The position numbers and the translations under genes were made by a program. Below the pieces are notes generated by a model. That model searched no databases. It worked only from the letters and a program-made list of their open reading frames with translations, and was not told the origin of the DNA. Below are positions 10,695 through 20,917 of a stretch of 64,000 nt of DNA, piece after piece. Source of the DNA: an uncultured Thermoplasmatales archaeon. GTDB taxonomy: Archaea > Thermoplasmatota > Thermoplasmata > Thermoplasmatales > GCA-001856825. Each line of letters begins with the position of its first letter. Positions within the stretch are counted from its first letter, which is position 1. The stretch is taken from contig CAYXTM010000001.1 of the NCBI GenBank assembly GCA_964468585.1, positions 108,084 to 172,083 of the forward strand, written 5' to 3'.

Positions 10695-10999
10695 CCCAAA
10701 ACTATTTTCATTAAATCATCCACAAATTTGGAGTCAACCTCTCTTTTTAGTTTCGCCAGTTTTGCTGTGTTTTCATTCCTAATCTTCTTAATTTCCGATT
10801 CAATTTCTGCTTTCACGCTATTCATGTAATCTACATAGTATTTTTCCCCATCTTCCCTTGCCTTTCCGACTATTTGACTTGATTGCTTATTGGCCTCTTC
10901 AATTATCTGTCTGGCCTTTTCCTGAGCCTCCCTTAGCCTCTTATCTGCTTCCTTTTCCTTCTCTCTTATGCTCTTGAGTGTATCAATATCACTTGACAA
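10691..10999 (-). CDS. atpH: A-type ATP synthase subunit H (peripheral stalk, eukaryotic G-like)
   Basis: 102-aa, highly charged single long helix (EKEADKRLREAQEKARQIIEEANKQ). It lies between atpD and atpI. Confidence 0.7.
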   Translation of the reverse strand: MSSDIDTLKSIREKEKEADKRLREAQEKARQIIEEANKQSSQIVGKAREDGEKYYVDYMNSVKAEIESEIKKIRNENTAKLAKLKREVDSKFVDDLMKIVLG

Positions 11000-11088
11000 T
11001 CAACCACCCCCATATATAAATAAGCCCCGCAACAAAAGTGATAATATTTATCATCATCAGTATGTAATAGATGGTCAAAAATTTATTT

Positions 11089-11736
11089 TTATGATTCAAT
11101 TCCTTCCCCCCTTTCTTCGATCTTACCTTTGATTAATTTCAATGTTATGAACATCTCTCTGTCCATCTCGTCTAACCTCATCTTAATGTAATTTGAAGTT
11201 TCAACTAACCTTGGAATTAGGACGTTTTCAATTGAGTTAGTTCTCCTTTTAGTTCTATCAATTTCTAGAAGCAATTTTCTCATGGCTATTTCTTTTTCTG
11301 CTATCATTATCAATTCTTCCAATAATTTTTCAAATTGTCTTCTGGTCTCAAGTAGAGAAGAAGGGAGAGATACCATCTCATAAAATGAATTTATGAACCT
11401 TTCGCCATAATTCACAGAAACTTCAGGTATTCTAACACCCATAACATTTTTTATACCGATTCTCACATCGGTAGGTTTTTGCATAAGTACAAGACTTTCA
11501 ATCAATACGGAGCTAGACATAATTTCAGCTAATCTCTCACTTTCTATAGCCTTTAAAACATCATTATGTAGATCGAGCTTCAACCCCTTGATATCCCTTA
11601 CCAATTTGAAGAATTCCATTATCAGAGAGGATCTCTTTAGTTTAAGGAGTTCTAATCCTCTCCTGGCTAACCTTATTCTGGATTTAGTGCGCAAAAGCTC
11701 CATTCTGGTTGGCCTTATGTTGGAAACCTCCATCAA
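11089..11736 (-). CDS. atpD: A-type ATP synthase subunit D (central stalk)
   Basis: 215 aa. The start [34 protein letters not shown] is the typical V/A-ATPase D N-terminus. It has a 4-nt overlap with atpB. Confidence 0.9.
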   Translation of the reverse strand: MMEVSNIRPTRMELLRTKSRIRLARRGLELLKLKRSSLIMEFFKLVRDIKGLKLDLHNDVLKAIESERLAEIMSSSVLIESLVLMQKPTDVRIGIKNVMGVRIPEVSVNYGERFINSFYEMVSLPSSLLETRRQFEKLLEELIMIAEKEIAMRKLLLEIDRTKRRTNSIENVLIPRLVETSNYIKMRLDEMDREMFITLKLIKGKIEERGEGIES

Positions 11737-13112
11737 TTCACCTTTTTGCCATACCTCTCTATGAATTCCTTCTTTACCCTCTTTAATTCTCTTTCAGGGA
11801 ACATGGAAAGCAATTCCCATCCTATCTCTAGCGTTCTCTCTATGGTTCTGTCTGCATTGTACCCCTGTGTAACGAATTTCTCTTCAAACCTATTCGCAAA
11901 ATCAAGATAGAGCCTATCATCCTTCCCAAGAGCTTCCTGACCTACTATTGCCGCTAAGCTCCTTAAATCCACACCTCTGCCATAGGATGAATAAAGTTGG
12001 TCAGCCACACCTCTATGATCTTCCCTCGTTCTTCCTTTTCCAATACCCTGATTCATCAATCTAGAAAGTGATGGAAGGACATTCACTGGTGGATAGATTC
12101 CTCTCCTGTGCAAATCCCTTGAAAGGACGATTTGACCTTCCGTTATATAGCCAGTCAGATCTGGAATTGGATGAGTCATATCATCAGACGGCATTGAGAG
12201 GATCGGCAATTGAGTAATTGATCCGTTTCTACCTCTTATTTTTCCTGCCCTCTCATATATTGTAGAAAGGTCTGTATACATATATCCCGGATAACCCCTT
12301 CTTCCAGGAACCTCTTCTCTTGCAGCAGAAATTTCCCTGAGTGCTTCACAGTAATTTGTCATGTCGCTGAGAATAACAAGAACATGCATGTTCTTTTCAT
12401 AAGCAAGGTATTCAGCAGTTGTAAGTGCTACCCTTGGCAATATTATTCTTTCCATGGATGGATCTGATGCAAGATTCAAGAAGAGAACAGACCTCATCAG
12501 TGCACCAGTATTCCTAAATTCTTCTATGAAGAAGTTTGCTTCCTCTGATGTTATTCCCATTGCGCCGAATACCACCGAGAATCCCTCACTGGATGATAGA
12601 ACTTTTGCCTGCCTTGCTATCTGAGCAGCGAGACGGTTATGCGGCAGACCCGAACCGGAGAATATTGGAAGTTTCTGTCCCCTTACCAGAGTGTTCATTC
12701 CATCAATCGTGGATATTCCAGTTTCGATAAATTCAGATGGTTCCTCTCTGGAATAGGGGTTGATAGCATCTCCCACAATCTCCCTTTTTTCGCCCGAGAC
12801 AAGTGGCCCAAGAGAATCCCTTGGCTCACCGATACCATTGAAAATTCTTCCCAGCATCTCATCCGATACTGGTACCCTTGCGGTTTCTCCAAGGAATTTT
12901 ACTGATGTATTTCCCACGTCCAGGCCTGTAGTTTGGCCAAAAACCTGCACTATGGCCATACCTTTCCTTGATTCCAATACTTGACCAGTCCTTCTTTCAC
13001 CGTTACCGAGTTTGATTTCAACAAGTTCGTTGTAGCCAACTGAGCTCACCCCCTCAACAAACAGGAGTGGTCCAGAAATTTTAGTCACACTCTTATAAAT
13101 TATCTCGCTCAT
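11733..13112 (-). CDS. atpB: A-type ATP synthase subunit B (non-catalytic)
   Basis: 459 aa with conserved blocks ([40 protein letters not shown]). Confidence 0.95.
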   Translation of the reverse strand: MSEIIYKSVTKISGPLLFVEGVSSVGYNELVEIKLGNGERRTGQVLESRKGMAIVQVFGQTTGLDVGNTSVKFLGETARVPVSDEMLGRIFNGIGEPRDSLGPLVSGEKREIVGDAINPYSREEPSEFIETGISTIDGMNTLVRGQKLPIFSGSGLPHNRLAAQIARQAKVLSSSEGFSVVFGAMGITSEEANFFIEEFRNTGALMRSVLFLNLASDPSMERIILPRVALTTAEYLAYEKNMHVLVILSDMTNYCEALREISAAREEVPGRRGYPGYMYTDLSTIYERAGKIRGRNGSITQLPILSMPSDDMTHPIPDLTGYITEGQIVLSRDLHRRGIYPPVNVLPSLSRLMNQGIGKGRTREDHRGVADQLYSSYGRGVDLRSLAAIVGQEALGKDDRLYLDFANRFEEKFVTQGYNADRTIERTLEIGWELLSMFPERELKRVKKEFIERYGKKVN

Positions 13113-14869
13113 CTTGATTCAGCCCTCCCTTTAATTTCCTCGCTCATTTCTTTGATTAGGGCATTATAGTAATCTTCCGCCTGATCGTATTTAACCTCCT
13201 TAAATCTTGACAACTTTTCTCTGAATGGCAGAGATTGAAGGTCTGAAACAGTTACCCCCTTGCTCACTGCATATTTTTCCAGTTCATCCATTTTTATAAT
13301 GGCATCTAACATCAGGTACTGTTTCCTCAATGGGCAGTATGTATCTACCTCATCGAAGGCACTTTGCTGGAGGAAATCTTCCCTTATGGCTCTTGCAACA
13401 TCAAGAACCTCTTTTTCATTCTCAGGTAAGGCATCATATCCCACTAGTTGAGCGACCTCCTGCAGTTCACTTTCCTTCTGCAATATTTCCATGCTGCTAG
13501 CATAAACCTTGTACCATTCTTTCGATACCCTATCCTCGAACCATTTCCTTAATTCATTGGAGTATAATGAATAGCTAGTAAGCCAATTTATAGATGGAAA
13601 ATGCCTCCTCTGTGCCAGTGATGCATCAAGTCCCCAAAATACCCTCGTTACCCTTAATGTATTCTGCGAAACTGGCTCTGATATATCTCCTCCTGGCGGT
13701 GATACTGCACCAATAATTGTTACTGACCCCCTTCTTTCATCTGAAGCTTCTACTATTGCATTTCCAGCTCTTTCGTAGAATTCAGCCAGTCTCCTTCCCA
13801 AATATGCGGGGTAACCCTCTTCTCCTGGCATTTCCTCTAGTCTGCCTGATATTTCCCTCAATGCTTCTGCCCATCTTGACGTACTATCTGCCATTAAGGC
13901 AACATCATATCCCATATCTCTGAAATATTCAGCTATTGTTACCCCAGTATATATTGATGCCTCCCTGGCAGCTACAGGCATATTGGAAGTATTAGCAATC
14001 AGCACAGTCCTCTCCATCAATGGTTTTCCAGATTTGGGGTCTGTGAGTTCAGGGAAAGTGGTAAGAATTTCAGTCATCTCATTACCCCTTTCTCCACAAC
14101 CTACATAGACTACAACATCTGAGTCGGCCCATTTTGCAAGTTGGTGTTGAACCACTGTTTTACCAGATCCAAATGGTCCGGGTACAGCTACAGTTCCTCC
14201 TTTAGCCACTGGGAAAAATGTATCTATTACCCTTTGCCCTGTTACCAACGGTACATTGGGTGGAAGCTTGCCCTTGACAGGCCTAGGTTGCCTAACAGGC
14301 CAGTAGTGAGATAACTTGAGTTCAAAAAGACCTGATTTTGTGGAAAGGTAACCTATCGTTTCTAAAGGCTTGAATTTCCCCTCTTCAATACTTACAAGTT
14401 CCCCTTCCATACCGGGAGGCACAAGGACTCTGTTTTCTATTAATGAAGTTTCTTGGACTTTTCCTATTATATCTCCTCCTTTTAGGAATTGCCCTTTCTT
14501 AACAGTAGGGTTAAAATCCCACTTTTTATCGAGGTCCACTGGATCTGGATACAAACCCCTTCTTATGAAGTCTCCTCCTGAAGACCTGATGACATCTAAT
14601 GGTCTCTGAATTCCGTCATATATGGATTTCATTATGCCAGGACCAAGTAGTACAGACAGGGGCCTACCTGTTGTATCAACCTTTTCGTTAGGTCGGAGAC
14701 CGCTGGTGTCCTCATATACCTGAATTGTAGACTTATTCCCTTCAATTCTTATTATTTCTCCTACCAGTCCCAATTCTCCTACTCTAACAACGTCGTACAT
14801 TTTTGCTCCCTCAATGTCTTCTGCAGTAACTACGGGTCCTGCGATTTTTACTATCTTTCCCATTTTCAC
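13109..14869 (-). CDS. atpA: A-type ATP synthase catalytic subunit A (no intein)
   Basis: 586 aa with Walker A GPFGSGKT, plus [12 protein letters not shown] and [10 protein letters not shown] blocks. The contiguous length is that of an intein-free subunit. Confidence 0.95.
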   Translation of the reverse strand: MKMGKIVKIAGPVVTAEDIEGAKMYDVVRVGELGLVGEIIRIEGNKSTIQVYEDTSGLRPNEKVDTTGRPLSVLLGPGIMKSIYDGIQRPLDVIRSSGGDFIRRGLYPDPVDLDKKWDFNPTVKKGQFLKGGDIIGKVQETSLIENRVLVPPGMEGELVSIEEGKFKPLETIGYLSTKSGLFELKLSHYWPVRQPRPVKGKLPPNVPLVTGQRVIDTFFPVAKGGTVAVPGPFGSGKTVVQHQLAKWADSDVVVYVGCGERGNEMTEILTTFPELTDPKSGKPLMERTVLIANTSNMPVAAREASIYTGVTIAEYFRDMGYDVALMADSTSRWAEALREISGRLEEMPGEEGYPAYLGRRLAEFYERAGNAIVEASDERRGSVTIIGAVSPPGGDISEPVSQNTLRVTRVFWGLDASLAQRRHFPSINWLTSYSLYSNELRKWFEDRVSKEWYKVYASSMEILQKESELQEVAQLVGYDALPENEKEVLDVARAIREDFLQQSAFDEVDTYCPLRKQYLMLDAIIKMDELEKYAVSKGVTVSDLQSLPFREKLSRFKEVKYDQAEDYYNALIKEMSEEIKGRAESR

Positions 14870-15201
14870 ATACCTCCTATGTTTAATTTTAAACCCAAAA
14901 CTTTCCTAGCCAAATCCGCAATTGTCTCCTCTTCCTTCAATTGATTAACTGGAATGAATATAACCAATGGAGACACGCTGGTTTCCAATAAATTTAAAAA
15001 TTTTTTATCCAATTTATCTATATATGAATTTGAAGCCAAAATTAAGCCATATTCACCACTATCAAATATCTCCTTTAGCTTCTCCTGAAAATAGTCACCA
15101 TTAACTGGATAAATGTTCTCTATTCCAACCAATTTAAAACCAATAGCCAATTCCCTTTCTCCTATAAAGGCTATCTTACCAAATTTGTCCCTATTATCCA
15201 A
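14866..15201 (-). CDS. atpF: A-type ATP synthase subunit F
   Basis: 111 aa. Begins KIAFIGERELAIGFKLVGI, typical of subunit F. It lies between atpC and atpA. Confidence 0.8.
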   Translation of the reverse strand: MDNRDKFGKIAFIGERELAIGFKLVGIENIYPVNGDYFQEKLKEIFDSGEYGLILASNSYIDKLDKKFLNLLETSVSPLVIFIPVNQLKEEETIADLARKVLGLKLNIGGM

Positions 15202-15202
15202 T

Positions 15203-16282
15203 TTACATCACCCTGTTTATTAGCATTAGCCCTATTTGGTCATCGGGTATCTTATAATTCTTTGCGGAAGCAATCCTTCTAATATCCTTCCATTGTGCTT
15301 CGATTCTCATTAGGAAGCCCATTACATTGTTTAATGATAAAGAACTCATCTCAAATATTTCCAAAAATTCCCAATGGATGCTTCTTTCAATTTCTGCCTC
15401 TATTACAACCAGAGAGCTCGTCTTTTTATAATAATCAAGGCCACTGGAAATATTGAAACTTCCTTTTATCTTTGAAACCACTTCTTCAATAGTGCTGCTC
15501 TTTATTAGATCATCAATTAGTTGATCAGAAAGTAAGCCACCTTTTATTATGAAGTCCTTAACCTGATCCTGTTCCCCATACTCAATTCCCTTCATAACAG
15601 TCATTATATTTTTTGCGTCAATATTCTTTCTTATAAATCTGTATATTGGACCTTCAGATCCATTATAAAATCTAAATTTTTCTCTCATTAGGTCGTAATA
15701 ATATAAATCCAGGGACAATAATAAGGTACTCAAATTATTGTTTTTCCTGTAATCATCAATAAGTGACAATATTGTTTTACCGTAGCCAAATTTTAGAGTA
15801 TAATTCATTATTTCCTCTATGGATTCAAGCGAAAGAATGTTCTTATAGTCTTCATAGCTCATTAACCCAGCATAAATACCGACAGGCTCGTTTTTGGAGG
15901 TCACAATATAAATTTGAGTCTGATCTACCTTAATTCCAGATGCCTTTGCGGCAATTATGGTTTTGAGATTTAATAAGTCCCATTTGCTTAAGTAAGAGGC
16001 TATAAGGTCTTTACCATTATAAGGGGTGATATTTAGGGCAAATCTATTCAGTCTGGATAGGTAAGAATTATTTGAAATTTCTATCAAGTCCAGTCCACTA
16101 TACTGATTTGCATATTGTGCAATATCATCCTTGAAACCTCGATCTACTAGGATAGACAAGATATCGCTTACATTTTCAACTTTCATGAGGTTCTTGTAAT
16201 CCTGAAGATTTAAGAGGTTAAGATTTTCAACCTTCAATGTTCCAAAAGGAAGACCATATAGGGATCTCAAGGTATCACCCAA
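15203..16282 (-). CDS. atpC: A-type ATP synthase subunit C (eukaryotic d-like)
   Basis: 359-aa helical protein positioned between atpE and atpF. Size and operon position are the main evidence. Confidence 0.8.
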   Translation of the reverse strand: MGDTLRSLYGLPFGTLKVENLNLLNLQDYKNLMKVENVSDILSILVDRGFKDDIAQYANQYSGLDLIEISNNSYLSRLNRFALNITPYNGKDLIASYLSKWDLLNLKTIIAAKASGIKVDQTQIYIVTSKNEPVGIYAGLMSYEDYKNILSLESIEEIMNYTLKFGYGKTILSLIDDYRKNNNLSTLLLSLDLYYYDLMREKFRFYNGSEGPIYRFIRKNIDAKNIMTVMKGIEYGEQDQVKDFIIKGGLLSDQLIDDLIKSSTIEEVVSKIKGSFNISSGLDYYKKTSSLVVIEAEIERSIHWEFLEIFEMSSLSLNNVMGFLMRIEAQWKDIRRIASAKNYKIPDDQIGLMLINRVM

Positions 16283-16844
16283 TTATATAAGCCCTTATTT
16301 TCCTCCTCAATTCATCAGATTTATCCCTTATGATCTCTGAGAAAGTGTAGTCTATTTCCATCTTGCCGTCAGCACTTGTCATGATGATACCACCGATTGG
16401 ATCAACGTTTCTCTCAATGATATTCAGCGGAAAAGACAGCTCTTTTATTATTTTTACATCCTTAGGATTAGCTATGATTAATGATCCTGGCCCCAGAGTT
16501 TCCCAGCCCTCTTCGATCCTTTGCTTTAAGAAAGCTACATACTCACTAGAACCAACAAATTCCTTAAGTTTTTGATTTAGAGATTCTATTATTTTTTCCT
16601 GTAATTTGTTTATTTCCAATTCAATGATATTTCTATTTTCCAAAATTGCTGCAGAGATTAGTTGTTTCCTGAGTGATTCTCCATCTTCTTTGGCCTTTTT
16701 CCTGTATTCTTCATATATCTCCTTCGCATTTTTTTCAGCTTGTTTTAGGATCTCTTGGGCTTGCAATTTTGCATTGTTTATAATTTCTTCTTCTCGTTTC
16801 GAAGTTTCTTCGTCGATCTTCTTCAAAATATCTTCGAGCGCCAT
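16275..16844 (-). CDS. atpE: A-type ATP synthase subunit E (peripheral stalk)
   Basis: 189 aa with a charged N-terminal helix (ILKKIDEETSKREEEIINNAKLQAQEILKQAEK) and a globular C-terminus. It follows atpK. Confidence 0.8.
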   Translation of the reverse strand: MALEDILKKIDEETSKREEEIINNAKLQAQEILKQAEKNAKEIYEEYRKKAKEDGESLRKQLISAAILENRNIIELEINKLQEKIIESLNQKLKEFVGSSEYVAFLKQRIEEGWETLGPGSLIIANPKDVKIIKELSFPLNIIERNVDPIGGIIMTSADGKMEIDYTFSEIIRDKSDELRRKIRAYIIG

Positions 16845-16848
16845 AAGC

Positions 16849-17085
16849 TCACAATATGTGCAATAATAGGATCAGTCCGAGCACAAATCCGATTATCCAT
16901 AACGTTTCAGGTATAACAAAGAAGAACAGTACCTGGCCGAACTTTTCAGGCTTCTCCGCAATTACTCCCATACCTGAAGCTCCGATACCACTCTGCGCTA
17001 CACCTGTCCCAATTAAGCCACCCGCCATGGCAATTGAAGCGGCAATGGCATACAATGCATCAACAGTTGTTACCATGAGTATCAA
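16849..17085 (-). CDS. atpK: A-type ATP synthase proteolipid subunit K (c-subunit)
   Basis: Two-helix hairpin with a G/A-rich helix 1 (GLIGTGVAQSGIGASGMG) and the ion-binding Glu in FFVIPETLWI. The track start at 17085 is a TTG. The ATG at 17076 (MVTTVDALY, 75 aa) is the more likely start. Confidence 0.9.
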   Translation of the reverse strand: MILMVTTVDALYAIAASIAMAGGLIGTGVAQSGIGASGMGVIAEKPEKFGQVLFFFVIPETLWIIGFVLGLILLLHIL

Positions 17086-17101
17086 AGGTGTATAAGTACT
17101 G

Positions 17102-17109
17102 ATTTAAAA
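17102..17109 (-). promoter_or_regulatory. Candidate TATA box (TTTTAAAT on the minus strand) for the atp operon, implying a near-leaderless atpK mRNA
   Basis: TTTTAAAT lies 25 nt upstream of the atpK ATG at 17076, with its centre about -29. This fits archaeal TATA-to-TSS spacing only if the 5' UTR is about 0-5 nt. Confidence 0.35.
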
Positions 17110-17190
17110 GTATTTCCCGAGATTGAAAATTTCAATTAGCCTAATTAAAGCTAATTAACTCATGGAGTCAAAAACTATACTGGATAAAAT

Positions 17191-17200
17191 TAATAAATTA
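17191..17200 (+). promoter_or_regulatory. Candidate TATA box (AAAATTAATAAATTA region) for tRNA-Gly
   Basis: The AT-rich TATA-like element is centred about 30 nt upstream of the mature tRNA 5' end at 17225. Confidence 0.3.
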
Positions 17201-17224
17201 GAGTCCTATTCATTGGTACCATAT

Positions 17225-17295
17225 GCGAGTGTAGTGTAGCGGCAGCACAGAAGCTTCCCAAGCTTCTAACCCGGGTTCAAATCCCGGCACTCGCA
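17225..17295 (+). tRNA. tRNA-Gly (anticodon CCC)
   Basis: Hand-folded cloverleaf. Acceptor stem GCGAGTG/CACTCGC, D stem GTGT/GCAC, anticodon stem GAAGC/GCTTC with loop TTCCCAA, T arm CCGGG-TTCAAAT-CCCGG, discriminator A. No encoded CCA. Confidence 0.9.
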
Positions 17296-17413
17296 TGTTT
17301 ACTTATTGGACCTGCTGTGGCGCTTTATGGTATTTCAAATGAGTATAGATAAATATAATTTTTTATCATACTAAAAAATTCATGCTGCTTCTTGAGTTAT
17401 TTCATGGAATTCA

Positions 17414-18469
17414 TTATATTCTATCTGAAATTTTGGAATAATAGGTTCTAGCAATATCATAAAAATTCCAAAGATTTACAACCATGTTCCTATGTTGGAT
17501 CCTTACCGGTTCTTCGAAATAACTTTTCAAACCCTTTAAAAAAGGCCTCTCATTGTATGATGGTATTACAAAGTTATTTATCATTACACCTTTTCCATTT
17601 GAATATCCCCAGTAATGAAGATGATAATTCACCGATGTTGCTATATGATTTCTAAATGATGTGTACCAACCTTCTGTCAGTTCAACCTCAGCTAGAATTG
17701 TACACATATCCTCTGTAACGGGGGAGACCTTGCCATTACCTTTAATGGCACAATCATTAGATTTCTTTGGAAACTTGGCAATTAATTTAGTCAAATTAAC
17801 ATTAGGGCTTTTGAGTCTCACGTACATTTCATTTTGAAATATTCCCATGTTTTCGCTTTCGAGTTCCTCGTTCGTCATCATCCATTCAGTCGTTATTAAA
17901 ATTGAATTTGAGTAGTTAAATTTCGCAAAATCATGAAATCTAAGAAAAGGCGAGATTTCGCTGTCAGTTTCCTTCCTTAAATATAAAACATCTACATCAA
18001 AATTTGTATCTGATATGTAGTCTGAAAGTAAGGCGGAAACTTCATCGGATGATATTTCAGGGTATTCTATCCCTATAAGGGTGTCTTCATGTCCTAGTAG
18101 TACAACTCCAAATATTGTAACCCCCTTTATTTTTTCCATCGCTGTAAGAAAATTCGAAGTCAGTGAAAATACTGTCCGCTTAATGACCTTATCGGCTATT
18201 TCTATTTTCACTTTTTCCCCAATTTTTTCAAATTCTGACTTTTGGAAATCCCTTATTTGTTGAACCTCATATTGAGGTAACAACTTCAACTTATCTATCA
18301 AAATAAACCAGTCACTGCCGTCTTTTATTAGTGCAGCTTCAAAGTGATCCGAATTACCATAATCAAATAATAAACGGTCATATTTCTCAGGAAAAGAGTT
18401 TTTAACATGCACCCTCAAAATTAGAAGATACCCAATTGGAGGTTCCATCCTTATACCATGTACCTCCAT
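17414..18469 (-). CDS. Hypothetical protein (351 aa), no recognisable domain
   Basis: Long clean ORF with coding-like composition, flanked by AT-rich spacers. I recognise no motif. Confidence 0.55.
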   Translation of the reverse strand: MEVHGIRMEPPIGYLLILRVHVKNSFPEKYDRLLFDYGNSDHFEAALIKDGSDWFILIDKLKLLPQYEVQQIRDFQKSEFEKIGEKVKIEIADKVIKRTVFSLTSNFLTAMEKIKGVTIFGVVLLGHEDTLIGIEYPEISSDEVSALLSDYISDTNFDVDVLYLRKETDSEISPFLRFHDFAKFNYSNSILITTEWMMTNEELESENMGIFQNEMYVRLKSPNVNLTKLIAKFPKKSNDCAIKGNGKVSPVTEDMCTILAEVELTEGWYTSFRNHIATSVNYHLHYWGYSNGKGVMINNFVIPSYNERPFLKGLKSYFEEPVRIQHRNMVVNLWNFYDIARTYYSKISDRI

Positions 18470-18644
18470 AGTTTCATATTATCATTTCCTTATTTAACTT
18501 CTTTCTCATTATTTTCTTCACTTTTTTTAAAATAATTGTTGTTATTTCTTAAAGCCAGGTAATACATTTAAAAAAATACATGACCTATGAAAAATTATTT
18601 GATTGAGACTTCGAAAAATGGCATAGATGATAAGTCAACCCAAT

Positions 18645-19040
18645 TCATGTGCTTAAAGTATCAGATATTATGGATTCGAAAATGTTGTCCAGCAATATTC
18701 CCAGATCAAATTCTTCCCATTTCTTCAATATTTCTGTAGGTCTATAATATTCCAAAAAAACCTTTCCTCGGTCCTCGAATACATATATTCGCATGGGAGG
18801 GTCTATACCTGATGCCATATTTCTTGAGAATAAAGAATTAGCAAAATCTGGCCTGAATATTTCAAAAATATAGCTTCCTGGAATGCTAAATCCTGCCTTC
18901 CTCAAATTTTCCTGAGCATTTATCCTAGACACTATAACCATATTATGCCTTAAAATTGAATTCTCTAAACTTTGCAAAGTAGATTGAAAATCCTTCTTTG
19001 ATTCCACAATAATTGGTCTCATTTCAACCGTTATATTCAA
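18645..19040 (-). CDS. DUF302 domain protein
   Basis: 131 aa. The pattern VESKKDFQSTLQSLENSI...GFSIPGSYIFEIFRPDFANSL...PPMRIYVFEDRGKVFLEYYRP matches the DUF302/TT1751-like alpha-beta fold signature. Confidence 0.7.
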   Translation of the reverse strand: MNITVEMRPIIVESKKDFQSTLQSLENSILRHNMVIVSRINAQENLRKAGFSIPGSYIFEIFRPDFANSLFSRNMASGIDPPMRIYVFEDRGKVFLEYYRPTEILKKWEEFDLGILLDNIFESIISDTLST

Positions 19041-19122
19041 CTTGAATATATGTATTTATTAAATTAAACCTGTCATATATTAGTTGTGTATAATAAAAAA
19101 GATTTAAATTTTAGTTTACTAA

Positions 19123-19827
19123 ATGATATTTATGTCAATTAATTTAAGCAACGCAGAGAACTTTTACAAGGAATTATATAATTACGTGAAAAAACACCCT
19201 GCGACGGATAATGATTTCATTAATAGGTTCTCAAGGGGGGATATCACTAAGGACGAATTCGAGAATTTTGCTATCGAATTTTACCATTTTACTCGTGAAT
19301 GGCCTTCAATATTAGCATTACTTCTGGTCAATGAACCAAACGAATCTGATGCATATAACCTTACGAAGATTCTAGTTTCCGAATTGGGCGATGATGATCC
19401 AAATAAGAGGCATGAGCTATTGTATAGAAAGTTCCTTAGATCGATTAATATTCAACCGTCCGACCTTATATTCAAGCAAAAGTTGCCATCGACTCAAGAA
19501 TGGCTCGATTCCATGCGCAGATTATTTTCCTCAGAACATTTCACAGCTCTGGGAGCAGAATTTGGTCTTGAAAATATGGCAATCCCAATGTGGGATAAGC
19601 TGCTTCCAGGACTAGAAATTATAAGGAAAAATTGGAAAGGGTACGAGAAAATGGATATAGAGTATTTTACTTTCCATAGAGAACTTGAAATCCATCATGA
19701 AGAAGCTATGGAGGATGTCTTGGGGGAACATAAATATGATGAAAAAGCTAGGATAAATTTTTTTGCCGGAGCCAAAGAAATCCTCGACTATGAAGAAAGA
19801 TTCTGGCTTGGCCTTGCCATAAGGTGA
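19123..19827 (+). CDS. Heme-oxygenase-like fold protein (iron-containing redox enzyme / PqqC-CADD-TenA-like family)
   Basis: 234-aa all-helical protein. HPATDNDFINRFSRGDITKDEFENFAIEFYHF resembles the family N-terminus. Candidate metal ligands are SELGDDDPNKRHELLYRKF and FHRELEIHHEE (H-x3-E-x2-H). An AGGTGAT SD-like sequence precedes hppD 5 nt downstream. Confidence 0.5.
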   Translation: MIFMSINLSNAENFYKELYNYVKKHPATDNDFINRFSRGDITKDEFENFAIEFYHFTREWPSILALLLVNEPNESDAYNLTKILVSELGDDDPNKRHELLYRKFLRSINIQPSDLIFKQKLPSTQEWLDSMRRLFSSEHFTALGAEFGLENMAIPMWDKLLPGLEIIRKNWKGYEKMDIEYFTFHRELEIHHEEAMEDVLGEHKYDEKARINFFAGAKEILDYEERFWLGLAIR

Positions 19828-19831
19828 TAAG

Positions 19832-20917
19832 ATGCCAAAGGGGATTTTCGATAACATAGATTTTATTGAATTTTATGTTGGATCAGCATACCAGTGGGCC
19901 TATTTTCACGAAAAGGCCATGGGATTTAGTATAAAGGGTTATGCTGGGCCTGAAACTGGCATCAGGGATAGAGTTTCTTATTATCTTGCCCAGGGAAACG
20001 TGAACATAATCTTCACATCAAGCCTAACGCCATCTTCCGAAGTGGCTGAACACACATACATACATGGTGATGGTGTTTATGATGTGGCCCTGAAAACAAG
20101 CAATTTTGAAGATGCTGTGAATGATATTAAATCAAGGAAAGTAACTTCCATAAAGGATATAGAGACCTTAAAAACTGATAATGGAGTAATAAGAAGAGGA
20201 ATTGTTAGAACTTATGGGGTAACAAGGCATTCTATAAATGATTACAGTGAGTATGTGGGGAATTTGCCACCTCACTTTGAATTTTTAGAAGATGCTAGAG
20301 AATCCAAGAATCTGGTCAAATCCGTAGATCATGTTGTGGGAAATGTGGAAATGAATATGATGGATCCATGGGTAGATTTTTACATAAGAGGGATGGGTTT
20401 CAGGCAATTGATATCTTTTGATGATAGAGATATTTCTACGGAATACTCGGCCCTTAGATCCAAAGTCGTGAAATACATGGACAAAGACATAACATTTCCG
20501 ATAAACGAACCGGCACTCGGCAAGAAAAAGTCACAAATTCAAGAATATTTGGATTATTATAAGACACCGGGGGTACAACATATAGCATTGAGAACGGATA
20601 ATATAGTTGACACTGTTTCAAAAATGAAAGAAAATGGAGTGAAATTTCTAGAGACCCCGGATTCTTACTATGATGATCTTGAGGAGAGGGTAGGCAGGGT
20701 TGATGAAGATATTGAAAAATTAAGGAAACTTAACATACTCGTGGACAGGGATGACAAGGGTTATCTTCTCCAGATATTTACTAAACCCATAGGAGATAGA
20801 CCAACATTTTTCTATGAAATAATTCAAAGAAAAGGCGCTGAATCATTCGGAAAAGGCAACTTCAAGGCCTTATTCGAAGCTATTGAAAGAGAGCAGGCAA
20901 AGAGAGGAAATCTCTGA
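19832..20917 (+). CDS. hppD: 4-hydroxyphenylpyruvate dioxygenase
   Basis: 361 aa with two VOC/glyoxalase-like halves. The C-terminal signature is LLQIFTKPIGDRPTFFYEIIQRKGAESFGKGNFKALFEAIEREQAKRGNL. Confidence 0.9.
   Translation: MPKGIFDNIDFIEFYVGSAYQWAYFHEKAMGFSIKGYAGPETGIRDRVSYYLAQGNVNIIFTSSLTPSSEVAEHTYIHGDGVYDVALKTSNFEDAVNDIKSRKVTSIKDIETLKTDNGVIRRGIVRTYGVTRHSINDYSEYVGNLPPHFEFLEDARESKNLVKSVDHVVGNVEMNMMDPWVDFYIRGMGFRQLISFDDRDISTEYSALRSKVVKYMDKDITFPINEPALGKKKSQIQEYLDYYKTPGVQHIALRTDNIVDTVSKMKENGVKFLETPDSYYDDLEERVGRVDEDIEKLRKLNILVDRDDKGYLLQIFTKPIGDRPTFFYEIIQRKGAESFGKGNFKALFEAIEREQAKRGNL

Noticed and set aside
10348-10782. 144-aa plus-strand ORF across the atpI/atpH junction
   Set aside because: It is antisense to conserved ATPase subunits and has a Ser/Cys/Leu-rich, non-protein-like sequence.
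13109-14869. Possible intein in atpA, since some Thermoplasmatales A subunits carry a VMA intein
   Set aside because: The ORF is 586 aa with contiguous conserved blocks around the P-loop. There is no ~150-450-aa insertion and no Cys/Ser...HN splice junction pattern.
17225-18644. Integrated element at tRNA-Gly, because an orphan 351-aa gene lies directly downstream
   Set aside because: No integrase gene is present. I could not find a duplicated copy of the tRNA 3' half (…CCCGGCACTCGC) downstream that would mark an att site.
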